Below are positions 47,309 through 60,934 of a stretch of 64,000 nt of DNA, piece by piece. The notes under the pieces were generated by a model. The model saw only the letters and a list, made by a program, of their open reading frames with translations, made no database searches and had not been told where the DNA came from. Source of the DNA: Eledone cirrhosa (Eukaryota). The stretch lies in contig OZ024740.1 in assembly GCA_964016885.1 (NCBI GenBank), positions 212,350,001-212,414,000 on the forward strand. The letters are read 5' to 3'. Position 1 is the first letter of the stretch, and the number at the start of each line of letters is the position of its first letter. The position numbers and the translations under genes were made by a program.

Positions 47309-50300
47309 ATAATCTAGCTGTCGTCTGTTCTACAGCGTAGAAGTAATTCACTTCGCGCAGAAATTTTGTTCAAATTTATTGGGGAAATTTTGTAAGTTCA
47401 AATTTAATTTTGATACTTGTGTGTAGCTTGACCCCCCCCCCCCCCCGTCTTAACTGTCAGGCGGTTGGTCAGCTCATCTTTACCCCTCCTAGGGGTGAAA
47501 AACCTGTTTTTAAAAATTTTGTGGCAAAAAAAATTTCAATCGTCTGACAGAAATGTTAAACGAAGCGAACGAAAATAGTGGTGGGGGGACAGCGGTAAGA
47601 GTTGTAAGCTCGCACGCTTTAGTCCCCCCCTTCCTTCCCAACTAACGTCATAGAGAAGGAAGGAAAAAATAAAATAAAAACAGACGAATCTGCGGAGAAA
47701 AATGACGAAAACACAAATCTGGACATGGATTCCAACAACGAAAAAAAAAATTTGAAGAATTGCATGACAATATTAATACCACAAACAAAGACACAACAAA
47801 CACAAAAATAACATTTGAAAACAACATCATAACAGAAAGCAAAGCAGACGACAAAGTCAACACCAACAAGATTTCATTTGCACAAACAACAAAGAAATCT
47901 TTGACATATATACCTGAAAATATTTCAGATGTGGCACAAAGAATCACAGACGCCAAACAATACATAAGTGAAGGAGAGAATGGTATTTTATCGGTAAAAA
48001 TGCCTCAAGAACTCACCAAAGACATTGAAAGTCGAACGGTCGTGTTCCGCACCATCAACAACACTTCTAAAAAACCTGAACAGCCAACTCAAACAGATAT
48101 CAAAACAGTACTCACAGAAGTACTTAATGAAACCACTTTAATAAGAAAAGACAGACTGTATGGAAGCCTAGCAATTATTATGAAGAACGAATCGGCGGCA
48201 AAAAATGTGCTTTGTCACCGATTCGTTCGAAAAATTTTACCTTTTATCCATCTTATATGGGTAAAAGAACTCAACGCATATGGCTGGATGCAATGATGCC
48301 AGATGTGGACTACTGCTGGCTCATAGCTGGCTTCATCGATCCAGTGAATGACAACGTGATTTCCATTGGGAAAACCACAGGCAATGCGTTCAGTAGAACA
48401 GGTATAGAGCTGGTAGTGCAAATGAAGCCTGAACGTATCACCCAAATACCCGACAGAATCCTATTAGAGGGCCACGGGTATATAAACATTAGCGTGGAGG
48501 AGAGAAGGCCGTCCTGTCATATCTGTGCAGGCAGAGGGCACCTGAAGGCCGCTTGTCCCCAACTCAACAAAAAGAAAACCCTGCTATCAACACCAGCTCC
48601 ACCACCACCACCACAACAGATAAACAAACAACAAAACTCAGTCCCACCCAACCCATCCCTCAGTAAAACTACACCACCACCACAACACAAACAGTCACAA
48701 CACATTACCCCAAAACAAAATACAGGCCCACCCAACCCCTCACTCAATAAAACAACACAACCACCGCAGCGACAACACACAACACAGTCTAACATAGTGA
48801 CATCCATCTCCCCCACAAAGAAAACCAACACGGAAACATTACCAGCAAACATACCTCTTCCCTCCAACACTGAAGATAACCCAACGAATTCGGAGGAAGA
48901 AACGGAGTCCTTCAGACAGATTAAAACGAAAAAAAGAAAACATGTGCAAAACACACAAGGCCAAACAACCCCCACCCAAATGTCAACACAATCCAACAAA
49001 ACACAAAACACCCCTCCAGCAACAAACAAAACCAAACCTGCCCCTCCCCTCTTCGAAACACTCACACCATCCGAAAAAAAGACATTACACTATACTTACA
49101 TCAACAGAAACAATAATAAATTAAATGAACTCATAAACAATAATCCTTCGGTACAAACCGAAGGTGTAAACTTTGTTTCTTCAGAAAACTACCCACATTT
49201 AAAATTAATAAAGATCCCAATGAACCTCTACCAAAAACTAAAAAAGGATTTTAAGGAGGACGTAGGACCACCCTCTGTCAAACCCATAAACCGCGTCCTA
49301 CTAAAAAGCTTTCCCCCTCCCCTTCCCCTCCCCAACACAACTCCAAACACCCCAACCCCACCACACACTGACGACCCCACACCACCACAAGACACCCCTT
49401 CACCCAACACCCCCGACCCCATGGAAGTCGTGCGACCCGAACCCCGGGAAGCAGAAAGGTAGGTCTCTACACTCTCCTTTGGCTCTGCCGCCCACATGGA
49501 TGTGTTAAGAGTAGGATGTTTGAATGCACGTGGCCTGGGCTCAACTTGGAAGCAAGCAAAGCTTCTAAATGACCTCAGGTCATGTGGTATAAATGTAATG
49601 GTTATCTGTGAGACTCGGATCAGCGTCGTGCGGAAGCTGGCCCCTACCTTCGATGACTTTGAGGTGCATGCATCTCTCTGTCAACCTGGAGGTGGGGTGG
49701 GGTTGTCGTACTGCTGCAAAAACACCTGGGTCTTGCCGTACAGGTTGTGCACTCGGACCCGGAGGGTCGTTTGTTGGTGCTAGACGTTGGCAGTAGTGAA
49801 GGCTGCGTCATTCGAAGTAAAATACGTGCTCTAGGTAATGAGGGGGCCAAAGCCGTTGGCTGGGCCCGCGTGACAGAAGCTAAGAGTGGAAATCGATCCA
49901 CCATCCGGTCGTTGCAAGACGAGGATGGACGGGTGATCCGGGAGCCTAAGCAGATGTGCGAGGCCTTTCAAAGCACTTTGCCCGATTATTCGGGGGAGGC
50001 GAGGGTCCGGGCGGGGACGTGGATTTCGGTCCATACCTCGACGGCCTGCCGCGTCTCTCGAGCGAAGAGGAAGAGTCCTGCGAGGGACCAATCTCGGCTG
50101 ATGAGATCGGAGATGCGCTGAGCCAATGCAGCAGACGCAAATCTCCAGGTCTCGATGGTATACCTTACGAACTTTATTTAGCAATGCCGGTCTTCTTCTC
50201 CAAAATCCTCGAAGCGGTCTACTGCAATTGGCAGCAGAACGGGAGAATTCCTTGTTCTGTAGCCAAGGGCGTAGTCTCGCTGGTGGGGAAGGACGAGAAC

Positions 50301-52379
50301 AAGGGGATAGTATAAATAATTTTCGGCCCATAACCCTGCTAAACACAGAGTTAAAGATTTTGGCCAAGGTGTTAGCAAAGAGGTTGGCGCTTGTCGTGGG
50401 TGGCCTGGTGGGAGATGCGCAGACATGTGCTATCCCATCCAGGTCCATTCACGATAACCTCCACCTCATGCGATACATCATAGAGAGGGTTGGCAACAAA
50501 CCCGGCTTCAGTGGGGCCCTGATCAACTTGGATCAGTCTAAGGCCTTCGATAGGGTCGACCATGGTTACCTGGATGCGGTGCTAGCGGCGGCTGGGTTCG
50601 GTCCTGTTTTCAGAGGCTGGATCACTGCCTTACATAGCAACCACATCTGTTCTAGGATCAAGGTGAACGGCTACCTTTCGAAGCCGTTCGAAATCACACG
50701 ATCCATTCGACAGGGGTGCCCTCTCTCCTCCCTTCTGTACGTATTGACTCTCGAGCCTTTACTGAGGAAGTTAGAGTTGTTGCAGGGTATCCCCCTGGAA
50801 CCAGGATTGAGCAAAGCGGTGTCGGCCTACGCCGATGACGTAACAGTAATGGTATCGACCGACTCGGAAATCGAGGCGATCGGTACCTTACTGGAGGATT
50901 ACGAAAGGTTGTCAGGAGCGAAACTGAACAGGGAAAAATCCATCGGGTTGCAACTCGGAACGTGGAGAGGCAGACCGATGCCTCCCGACGGTGTCGTCGG
51001 ACACTGGACGGAGGGCCCGGTAAAGTTGCTTGCTGTCTGGTTTGGACCGGACCTCCAGGTGGAAAAGAACTGGGACGAGGTTACGAACAAGGTGTTTGCA
51101 CTAACCCAGAAATGGGCCAAGTGTAGGCTGTCCCTAAAAGGCCGGGCGGAGGTGGCGAACATTTACATAGCGTCCGTCACTTACTACCGCCTGACTGTCG
51201 TGCCTTGCCCTAAGGAAACACTCACCACCATGGAACGCATGCTCTTCCAATTTCTTTGGAAGAAGCGCCCTCCTATGGTGAGAAGATCCATCTGCTGCCA
51301 ACAACCTTCGAAATGAGGGCTGGGGATGCCGGGGATTCCTCACTGGTCAACCGGTGTGGGCTCCGTTCGTGAAACGAGCCTTTCCGAGACTCGTCTCGCT
51401 CACCGAGCTGCAGTCCTGGGTCAAGCAAAGATCCGGAAAACTGGGAGACTGCACACTGAGTGTGCCCAGGCGCTCAGGGCTCTCTGGCAAGCGGGCCAGG
51501 CCATCGGTGGAGAATCCACCTCATCATTCTATAGAGGGTTGGTGGCTAGCAGGGGCGATGACACCCTTGGAGAGTCGCTGGACATGGAAGAGGACGATCT
51601 GGCCAGACTGTTCGGTAGGACTTTCGGCCCGGGACCAATGGACAACTTCCAGAAGTCACTAGCCTGGCAGTGCTACCGGGGGGCTCTACCCGTTCGAGAG
51701 AGGCTCTACAGACACGGGCGCCCGGGCAGGGATCCCTCAAAAAAGATTTGCCCTAGATGCGTGCGTCACGAAGAAACCGTTGCGCACGCATTGGTGCAAT
51801 GTCCGGGCGTGGCTGATCTGTGGGGCTACGCCGAACGACTGCTGTCGCGGGTGGCGCCGATTCAATTGACCGCCGAGTCCGTGATGACAATCAAACCGCC
51901 TCCCCTCTTCACAAAGGAAGCAAAGGGGGTTTTTCTGTGCGAAATAGCCATGTTGAAAGAGGTTGTTTGGTGGACACGATTGAAAGGTCTGAGGTCAGGC
52001 AACTTCCTCTCTGGCCATAGTCTGGTCTACTTCTTCCGATATCACTTCGGAAGAAGGATAAGAATGGAGAGAGAGGTGCTTGGCCACAGGCAGTTTTCTG
52101 AAAGGTGGGTGATAGTGGCGAGAATGGCTCGTGTAAATGGGCCTTCTCTGTATACCATCCTGTAGGTAAAAAAGTGAAGGAGAGGGGAGCACCTTCTCCA
52201 TGTACTCCCCGGGCAAAGGATTGCACACTTTTTCGGGGGTGTGTGCAACCCCCATCACGTCCCCTCCCTTTTGAGGTTATTTTCGATTATTTTCATTTTA
52301 TATCCTTTTTACTCGATTGTACGTAAACTCCCCCTTTGTATTTATCCCTTCTTTTTATGCCTTTATGGTAAATAAAGAA

Positions 52380-52380
<1 letters not shown>
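47309..52380 (+). mobile_element. Tx1 subfamily B copy 2, degraded with a 720-bp ORF2 deletion
   Basis: Highly similar to B1, with ORF1 frameshifts. Junction ...gtagtgaa|ggctgcgtc at 49800 removes the B1 equivalent of 43893-44612. Confidence 0.95.
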
Positions 52381-52438
<58 letters not shown>

Positions 52439-55400
52439 AGACGTGTGTAAATTCGCGGAGAAGTTTCCGTTAATTTATGTAAGGAAAAAACGTAAGTTTT
52501 TAGTTAAATTTTATATCATTGTGTAACTTGACCACCCGTCTGGACCTTCAGGTGGTGGGTCAACTCATTTTCGCCCCTTCAGTGGCGGAATATCCATTAA
52601 AAAAATTTTTCTCCATCGAATCTTGTAAAATTTTGATTACGTTATGAACGCTGCGTCCAACGATAATGGTGGTGGAGAGGCGGTAAGACTACAAAGCTCG
52701 CAGTCAACAACGTCTTCTTCACTAGATACTATAGAGATGGAAAGACAAAATGAAAATAAAAAAACGAATTCACATCCAAACAACACAAATGACACCAAAC
52801 AGCTCAATGACAACAAAAATAACAGCAACACCAATAATGATGATAAAAGCAACAATGATAACAACAACAAAGAAAAAAATAAAGACAACGCCAATAACAC
52901 CAGCATCAAAGACAACAACAACACCAAGTAAAATACGGATGATACCAACATCGGTGACAACAAGAATAACAACAACAATAACAACAATAATGACAACACC
53001 ACCAATACGGATTCCACAAAGAAACCAAAAAATCTCCTTTGCGGAGAAAGTTCAAAAGAAAGAACAATTGATATATCTCGACATAAAAAATGCTGAACAA
53101 CTTTTAAAGGACGCTAAGAGATATGTCACTTTCGAAAAAAATGGTGCTTTCAGCATCAATTCTCCGGTAGAAATACGCAAGGAAACTGCTCTCAAAACGA
53201 TAGTTTTTAGGACAGTTTCCAATTCTACCCGAAAACCAGTCCAATTGTCACAGAAAGATATTGAACTGGTTTTCAAAGATTCAATGAATGATATTGCATT
53301 CATTCAAAGAAGCAAACTTTTTTGGAGTATTTCGGTACTGATGAAGGATCAATTGACGGCCCAAAATTACTCTGTGTCGCCAATTGTATCCAACCTGTAC
53401 ACCTTTTTCCCTACATACATGGAAAAAAGGACACAAAAGATCAGAATCACAAGTGTCACACCAAAGGTGAACATATGGTGGATACTGTGCGGCTTCATCA
53501 ATTTTGATGAAGACAGAATACTGTCAGTAGGCAAGTCCCCCAGAGATGTATTCAATGGGACTAGCATTGAAGTTCTGGTGCAAATGAGCCCATAGCGAAT
53601 AGCTATCATCCCACAGCGTGTACTCCTGGACGGACTCACCTACATAAACTTTTCGGTTGAGGGTAGGCGGCCTTCATGTTACCATTGCGTTAGCAGGGGT
53701 CACCTGAGGGCTTCCTGTCCTAAACTAATGAACCAAAAAAAGGCTCTTATGCCGACACCCATCAAAACAACACAACCACCAACACCACCACAACAACAAC
53801 AACACCAACACACAAAAATAACCACAACAAACACAGTCCCACCCAACCTCACTCCACCTAAAACCACTGCAAAATCACATACAGACACAACAGCTCCCCA
53901 AGACATACCCCTCCCCAATCACACAGACGATACAACAGATGAGGCTATCTCGCCATCACCCAGTGAAGACGAGGGAGAACCCCATCGCTCGAAAAGAAAG
54001 AAAAGACATCACAAAAGCAAAAAACCAGCAAACACTACCACAAACATACAACCACCAACACAAACAACAAAAATATCAGAAACAAAACCCCCACCTCCTG
54101 AAAACAAAATACCTACAACAAAACAAAAGCACGCACAAGAACTACAGACAAAAACAAACACAACACAAGAAAATTACACTTACACTTACATAAACACTGA
54201 AAACAAAACACTAATGGAGACCATCACGAACGACCCTTCGGTTTTCACCGAAGGGAAAACTTTCGCCCACTCTATAAAAAATAGCAAAAAACTGAACCTA
54301 AAACTAATTAGGGTCCCTATACAAACTTATAGGTCCCTAAAAGAAACATTTGAGAAGGATGTGGGGAATTCCTGCGTGAAACCACTCAACCGCGTCCTTC
54401 TCAAATGCCTCCCCACCCCAGACACCCCCATCCCACCAGACCCCACCCCACCAAACATCTGCGTCCCCACCCCGCCGGAAACCACCACCCATCCAGACAA
54501 CCCCTCCAACACCCCCATGGAAATCGTGCGGCCTGGTCCCCAGGAGGCGAAGTGTGAGTGATCTCTTTTCCTCTTTTAACTTTTCAGCACCAACATGGCC
54601 AATATAAGAATTGGATGTGTGAACGTACGCGGCCTGGGGATGCCCTGGAAACAGGGCAAACTCTTAAACGACCTCAGGTCGCACAGTTTGGATGTGGTAG
54701 CCATTTGCGAGTCCAGGATCCACGGCGAGCGACAGCTGGCCCCCATCTTCGATGACTTTGAGATCTATGCATCTCTCTGTCAACCGGGGGGTGGGGGCGG
54801 AGTTGCCGTTTTGCTGTGGAAACACCTGGGCCTCGTAACACAGACGGTACATCTGGACCCGGAGGGTCGACTGGTGGTCCTAGACGTTGACGGTAGTGAA
54901 AGTGGAGCCTTCAGGCTGGTGGCCGCATATGCCCCATCCGGGACACCGCGGCCAGACTTCTTCAAACGTCTAGAGACTTTTCTGGGAACGTCCCGCTCCT
55001 TGCTTTTAGTGGGGGACTGGAATGGAATCCTAGATGCACGTTGGGACTATGTGGGAGCATGTCCCGAAAAACGGGGGTGTAACAGCCTCAAACAGTTAAT
55101 CGACCGATTTGACCTGGCCGATAGATATCGACTAGATTTTCCGACTGCGCCACTGTGGACGTGGAGTAATCGTAGCGGAACATCTAGATCGTACCTAGAT
55201 AGGGTTCTAGTTAGAAATAAGGATAGGGACATGTTAAGCTGTCCACAAATGTTCATGGTTGCCTATTCAGATCACAAACTAGTGACCTGCATGGGCAACC
55301 TTGATAGAACCCATAGACAAGGACCCGGCTACTGGAAGCTGAACTTGTCGTTACCGACAAGCAAAGCCTACAGTAGACGGATTAGCACTTTAGTTAAATA

Positions 55401-58270
55401 GCACTTGACAGGGGCCATTGTCAACAACAGATGGTGGTACGCTCTCAAGAGGGCAGTTAGATTAGACTCGATAGTTTTTAGTAAAGAATTAGCGTTAGAT
55501 AGAAATAGAACCGAGAAGGAACTGGTAGATAAAGTAGAAGAGGCAATTAGAAGTGGCAACGTAGCCAGCGTGCTAGCAACGAGAACGGCCTTGGACCAGT
55601 TCTTCGACGCAAAGCACGAGGGCTGCGTTATCAGAAGCAAAATACGTGCTCTGGGAAACAAGGGAGCCAAAGCTGTTAGCTGGGCCCGAGTGACGGAGGC
55701 AAAAAGTGGCAACAATCCACGATTCGGTCTTTGAAGGACCAAAACGGACGCGTGATACGTGAGCCGAAGCAGATGTGTGCGGCTTTTCAGCGGCACTTTG
55801 CTCGGCTGTTCGGGGGGAGCGGCGCGCCGGGAGAGGCTATGGATTTCGGTCCATACCTCGACGGCCTACCGCGACTCTCGGACAGTGAGGCGAAGTTCTG
55901 CGAAAAGCCGATTTCAGCCACTGAGATAGGGGACGCGCTGAGCCAATGCGGCAAACGCAAATCTCCAGGTCTCGACGGTCTCCCCTACGAATTTTACGTA
56001 GCAATGCCGGACTTATTCTCCGGTCTCCTGGAAGCGGTCTACTGCAACTGGCAACAGAACGGGAGAATTCCCAGTTCTGTAACCGGGGGCGTGGTCACAC
56101 TAATCAGGAAGGACGAGAACAAGGGGGATGACATAGGCAACTTCCGGCCCATAACTCTGCTAAACACAGAGTTACAGATTTTGGCCAAGGTGTTGGCAAA
56201 GAGGCTGGCGCTTGTCGTCGAGAACCTGGTGGGAGAAGCGCAGACATGCGCGATCCCGACCAGGTCCATACACGACAACCTCCACCTCATGCGATGCATC
56301 ATAGAGAGGGTAGGGTGTAAACCCGGCTTCGGTGGGGCCCTGATCAACTTGGATCAGTCTAAGGCTTTCGATAGGGTTGACCATCGTTACCTGGATGCGG
56401 TGCTCGAGGCGACAGGCTTCGGACCCGTGTTCAGGGGCTGGATTGCTGCAATGCACAACAGCAACATCTGCTCAAGGGTCAAGGTGAACGGTTACCTCTC
56501 GGAGCCGTTCCATATTACGCGATCCATTCGACAGGGATGCCCTCTCTCCTCCCTTCTGTACGTACTGACTCTCGAGCCACTACTGCGGAAGCTGGAGCTA
56601 TTGCAGGGCATCCCTCTGGAACCGGGACTGCTGAAAGCGGCGTCGGCCTACGCCGACGACGTAAAAGTAATGGTGTCGAGCGCCTCGCAAATCGAGGAAG
56701 TCGGCACCTTACTAAAGGAATACGAAAGTCTCACAGGAGCGAAGCTGAACCGGGACAAGTCCATCGGTTTGCAACTCGGATCGTGGTGAGGTAGACCGAT
56801 GCCTTCCGATGGCGTCGTCGGACGCTGGACGGAAGGACCGGTAAAGCTGCTCGGGGTCTGGTTTGGTCCGGACCTCCAGGTGGAGAAGAACTGGAACGAA
56901 GTGACGGCCAAGGTATTTTCACTCACCCAGAAGTGGGCCGAGTGCAAACTATCCTTGAAAGGTCGAGCGGAGGTGGCGAACACTTTTATAGCGTCCGCCA
57001 TCTACTACCGCTTGACCGTCGTGCCTTGTCCAGCCAAAACGCTCGCCAAAATGGAGCGCGCCCTCTTCCGATTCCTTTGGAAGAGGCGGGCTCCTTTGGT
57101 AAGAAGATCCATCTGCTGCCAACACCCTTCTAACGGAGGGCTGGGGATGCCGTGGTTGACGATGCGCAAACACGCGCTCAGACTGCGGCATCTCTACGTA
57201 TTCCTCACCGGACAACCGGTGTGGGCCCCGTTCGTGAGGCGAGCCTTCCCACGAATCGTCTCGCTGACCGAGCTGCAGTCCTGGGTCAAGCAGAGACCGA
57301 GGAAAATGGGCGACTGGCACATCGAATGTGCTCAGGCGCTCACAGCCCTCTGGCAGGCGGACCCGGCGATCAGTGGAGACTCCACTTCGTCATTCTATAG
57401 AGGGTTGGTCCGCAGAAAGTGCGACGACGCGCTCGGTGAAACTCTAGTCGTGGAGGAAGATGAACTGGCCAGTCTGTTCGGTAGGACCCTCCGCCCGGGA
57501 CCGATGGACAACTTCCAAAAGTCCCTGGCCTGGCAGTGCTACCGAGGAGCTCTACCAGTTCGAGACAAGCTCTACAGACATGGGCGCCCGGGCAGGGACC
57601 CTGCAAAAAAGATCTGTCCGAGGTGCGTGCTAGACGAAGAAACCGTCGCGCACGCATTCATACACTGCCCGGGCGTCACTGACCTGTGGGGCTATGTAGA
57701 ACGACTATTGTCGCGGGTGGGACCAATCCAGTTGACCACCGAGTCCATTGTCATGATCAAACCGCCACCCTCCTTCAAAAACGAAGGAGAGGCGGTTTTC
57801 CTTTGTGTGATAGCTATGGCGAAAGAGGTTGTATGGTGGACAAGGTTGAAAGGGCTGAGGTCAGACACCTTTCTCTCCGGCCAACAACTGATTCTTTTTT
57901 TCAGATACCACTTTGGAAGAAGAATCAGGATGGAGAGAGAGGTGCTGTACCCCAGCAAGTTTTATGAAAGGTGGGTGAAAGTGGCGAGAATGGCCCGAGT
58001 GAATGGGCCTTCTCTCTATATCAGCCTCTAGGTTGAGGAAAAGGAGGAGGAGAGGAAAGGAGTACAAGCTCTTCGTACTCCTGGAGATGAGGGTTGCACA
58101 TTTTTTTTCGGGGGTATGTGTTACCCATATAAACTGTCTCCCTCTATTGGGGAAAATCGACTAACTTTTAAATTCCATCTGTGATAACATTTTACACGTT
58201 TTTATTGTATGTAAACTTCCCCCTTTGTATTTGTCCCCTTCTTTTGTGCCCCTGTGGCTAATAAAGAAAT
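52439..58270 (+). mobile_element. Tx1 subfamily C copy 1, full length with stops and frameshifts
   Basis: ORF1 52644-54561 and ORF2 54595-58031 in fragments, same motifs as A and B. Confidence 0.95.
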
Positions 58271-58279
58271 ATATCTATC

Positions 58280-60925
58280 AGACGTGTGTAACTTCGCGGA
58301 GAAGTTTCCGTTAATTTATGTAAGAAAAAAACGTGAGTTTTTAGTTAAATTTTATATCATTGTGTAACTTGACCACCCGTCTGAACCTTCAGGTGGTGGG
58401 TCAACTCATTTTCGCCCCTATAGGGGCGGAATATCCATTTAAAAAATTTTTCTCCATCGAATCTTTGAAAAAATATTGTAAAATTTTGATTACGTTATGA
58501 ACGCTGCGTGCATAGATACTATAGAGATGGAAAGACAGAATGAAAATGTAAAAACTAATTCATATTCAAACAACACAAATGACACCAAACAGTTCAATGA
58601 CAACAAAAATAACAGCAACACCAATAATGATGATAAAAGCAACAATGATAACAACACAATAACAACAATAATGACAACACCACCAATACGGATTCCACAA
58701 AGAAACCAAAAATCTGCTTTGCAGAGAAAGTTCAAAAGAAGGAGAATTGATATATCTCGACATAACAAATGCTGAACAACTTTTAAAGGACGCTAAGAGA
58801 TATGTCACTTTCGAAAAAAATGGTGCTTTCAGCATCAATTCTCCGGTAGAAATTCGCAAGGAAACTGCTCTCAAAACGATAGTTTTTAGGACAGTTTCCA
58901 ATTCTACCCGAAAACCAGCCAATTGTCACAGAAAGAAATTGAACTGGTTTTCAAAAATTCAATGAATGATATTGCATTCATTCAAAGAAGCAAACTTTTT
59001 GGGAGTATTTCGGTACTGATGAAGGATCAATTGACGGCCCAAAATTACTCTGTGTCGCCAATTGTATCCAACCTGTACACCTTTTTCCCTACATACATGG
59101 GAAAAAGGACACAAAAGATCAGAATCACAAGTGTCACACCAAAGGTGAACATATGGTGGATACTGTGCGGCTTCATCAATTTTGATGAAGACAGAATACT
59201 GTCAGTAGGAAAGTCCCCCAGAGATGTATTCAATGGGACTAGCATTGAAGTTCTGGTGCAAATGAGCCCGGAGCGAATAGCTATGATCGCACAGCGTGTA
59301 CTCCTGGACGGACTCACCTACATAAACTTTTCGGTTGAGGATAGGCGGCCTTCATGTTACCATTGGTTTAGCAGGGGTCACCTGAGGGCTTCCTGTCCTA
59401 AATTAATGAACCAAAAAAAGGCTCTTATGCCGACACCCATCAAAACAACACAACCACCAACACCACCACAACAACAACACCAACACACAAAAATAACCAC
59501 AACAAACACAGTCTCACCCAACCCCACTCCACCTAAAACCACTGCAAAATCACATACAGACACAACAGCTCCCCAATCACACAGACGATACAACAGATGA
59601 GGCTATCTCGCCATCACCCAGTGAAGACGAGGGAGAATCGCATCGCTCGAAAAGAAAGAAAAGACATCACAAAAGCAAAAAACCAGCAAACACTACCACA
59701 AACATACAACCACCAACAGAAACAACAAAAACATCACAAACAAAACCCCCACCTCCTGAAAACAAAATACCTACAACAAAACGAAAGCACACACAAGAAC
59801 TACAGACAAAAATTAACACAACACAAGAAAATTACACTTACACTTACATAAACACTGAAAACAAAACACTAATGGAGACCATCACGAACGACCCTTCGGC
59901 TTTCACCGAAGGGAAAACTTTCGCCCACTCTATTAAAAATAGCAAAAAACTGAACCTAAAACTGATTAGGGTCCCTATATAAACTTATAGGTCCCTAAAA
60001 GAAACATTTGAGAAGGATGTGGGGAATTCCTGCGTGAAACCACTCAACCGCGTCCTTCTCAAATGTCTCCCCACCCCAGACACCCCCATCCCACCAGACC
60101 CCACCCCACCAAACATCTGCGTCCCCACCCCGCCGGAAACCACCACCCATCCAGACAACCCCTCCAACACCCCCATGGAAATCGTGCGGCCTGGTCCCCA
60201 GGAGACGAGGGGTGAGTGATCTCTTTTCCTCTTTTAACTTTTCAGCACCAACATGGCCAATATAAGAATTGGATGTGTGAACGTACGCGGCCTGGGGATG
60301 ACCTGGAAACAGGGCAAACTCTTAAACGACCTCAGGTCGCACAGTATGGATGTGGTAGCCATTTGCGAGTCCAGGATCCACGGTGAAGGACAGCTGGCCC
60401 CATCTTCGATGACTTTGAGATCTACGCATCTCTCTGTCAACCGGCGGTGGGGGCGGAGTTGCCGTTTTGCTGCGGAAACACCTGGGCCTCGTAACACAGA
60501 CGGTACATATGGACCCGGAGGGTCGACTGGTGGTCCTAGATGTTGACGGTAGTGAAGGTGGAGCCTTCAGGCTGGTGGCTGCATATGCCCCATCCGGGAT
60601 ACCGCGGCCAGACTTCTTCAAACGTCTAGAGACTTTTCTGGGAACGTCTCGGACCCTCGGGCCTTCTCTCTATATCAGCCTGTAGGTTGAGGAAAAGGAG
60701 GAGGAGAGGAAAGGAGTACAAACGCTTCGTACTCCTGGAGATGAGGGTTGCACATTTTTTTTCGGGCGTATGTGTTACTCATATAAACTGTCTCCCTCTA
60801 TTGGGGAAAATCGACTAACTTTTTAAATTCCATTTGTGATAACATTTTACACGTTTTTATTGTATGTAAACTTCCCCCTTTGTATTTGTCCCCTTGTTTT
60901 GTGCCCCTGTAGCTAATAAAGAAAT
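58280..60925 (+). mobile_element. Tx1 subfamily C copy 2, ORF2 mostly deleted
   Basis: ORF2 start is fused to its last codons (FLGTSRTLGPSLYISL*); 3' UTR retained. Confidence 0.95.
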
Positions 60926-60934
60926 ATATCTATC

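Noticed and set aside
54554-54587. 34-nt GT-AG mini-intron fusing ORF1 to ORF2 in subfamily C
   Set aside because: Too short for a typical metazoan intron, the AG is absent from the A and B spacers, and the product is not in frame with ORF2.
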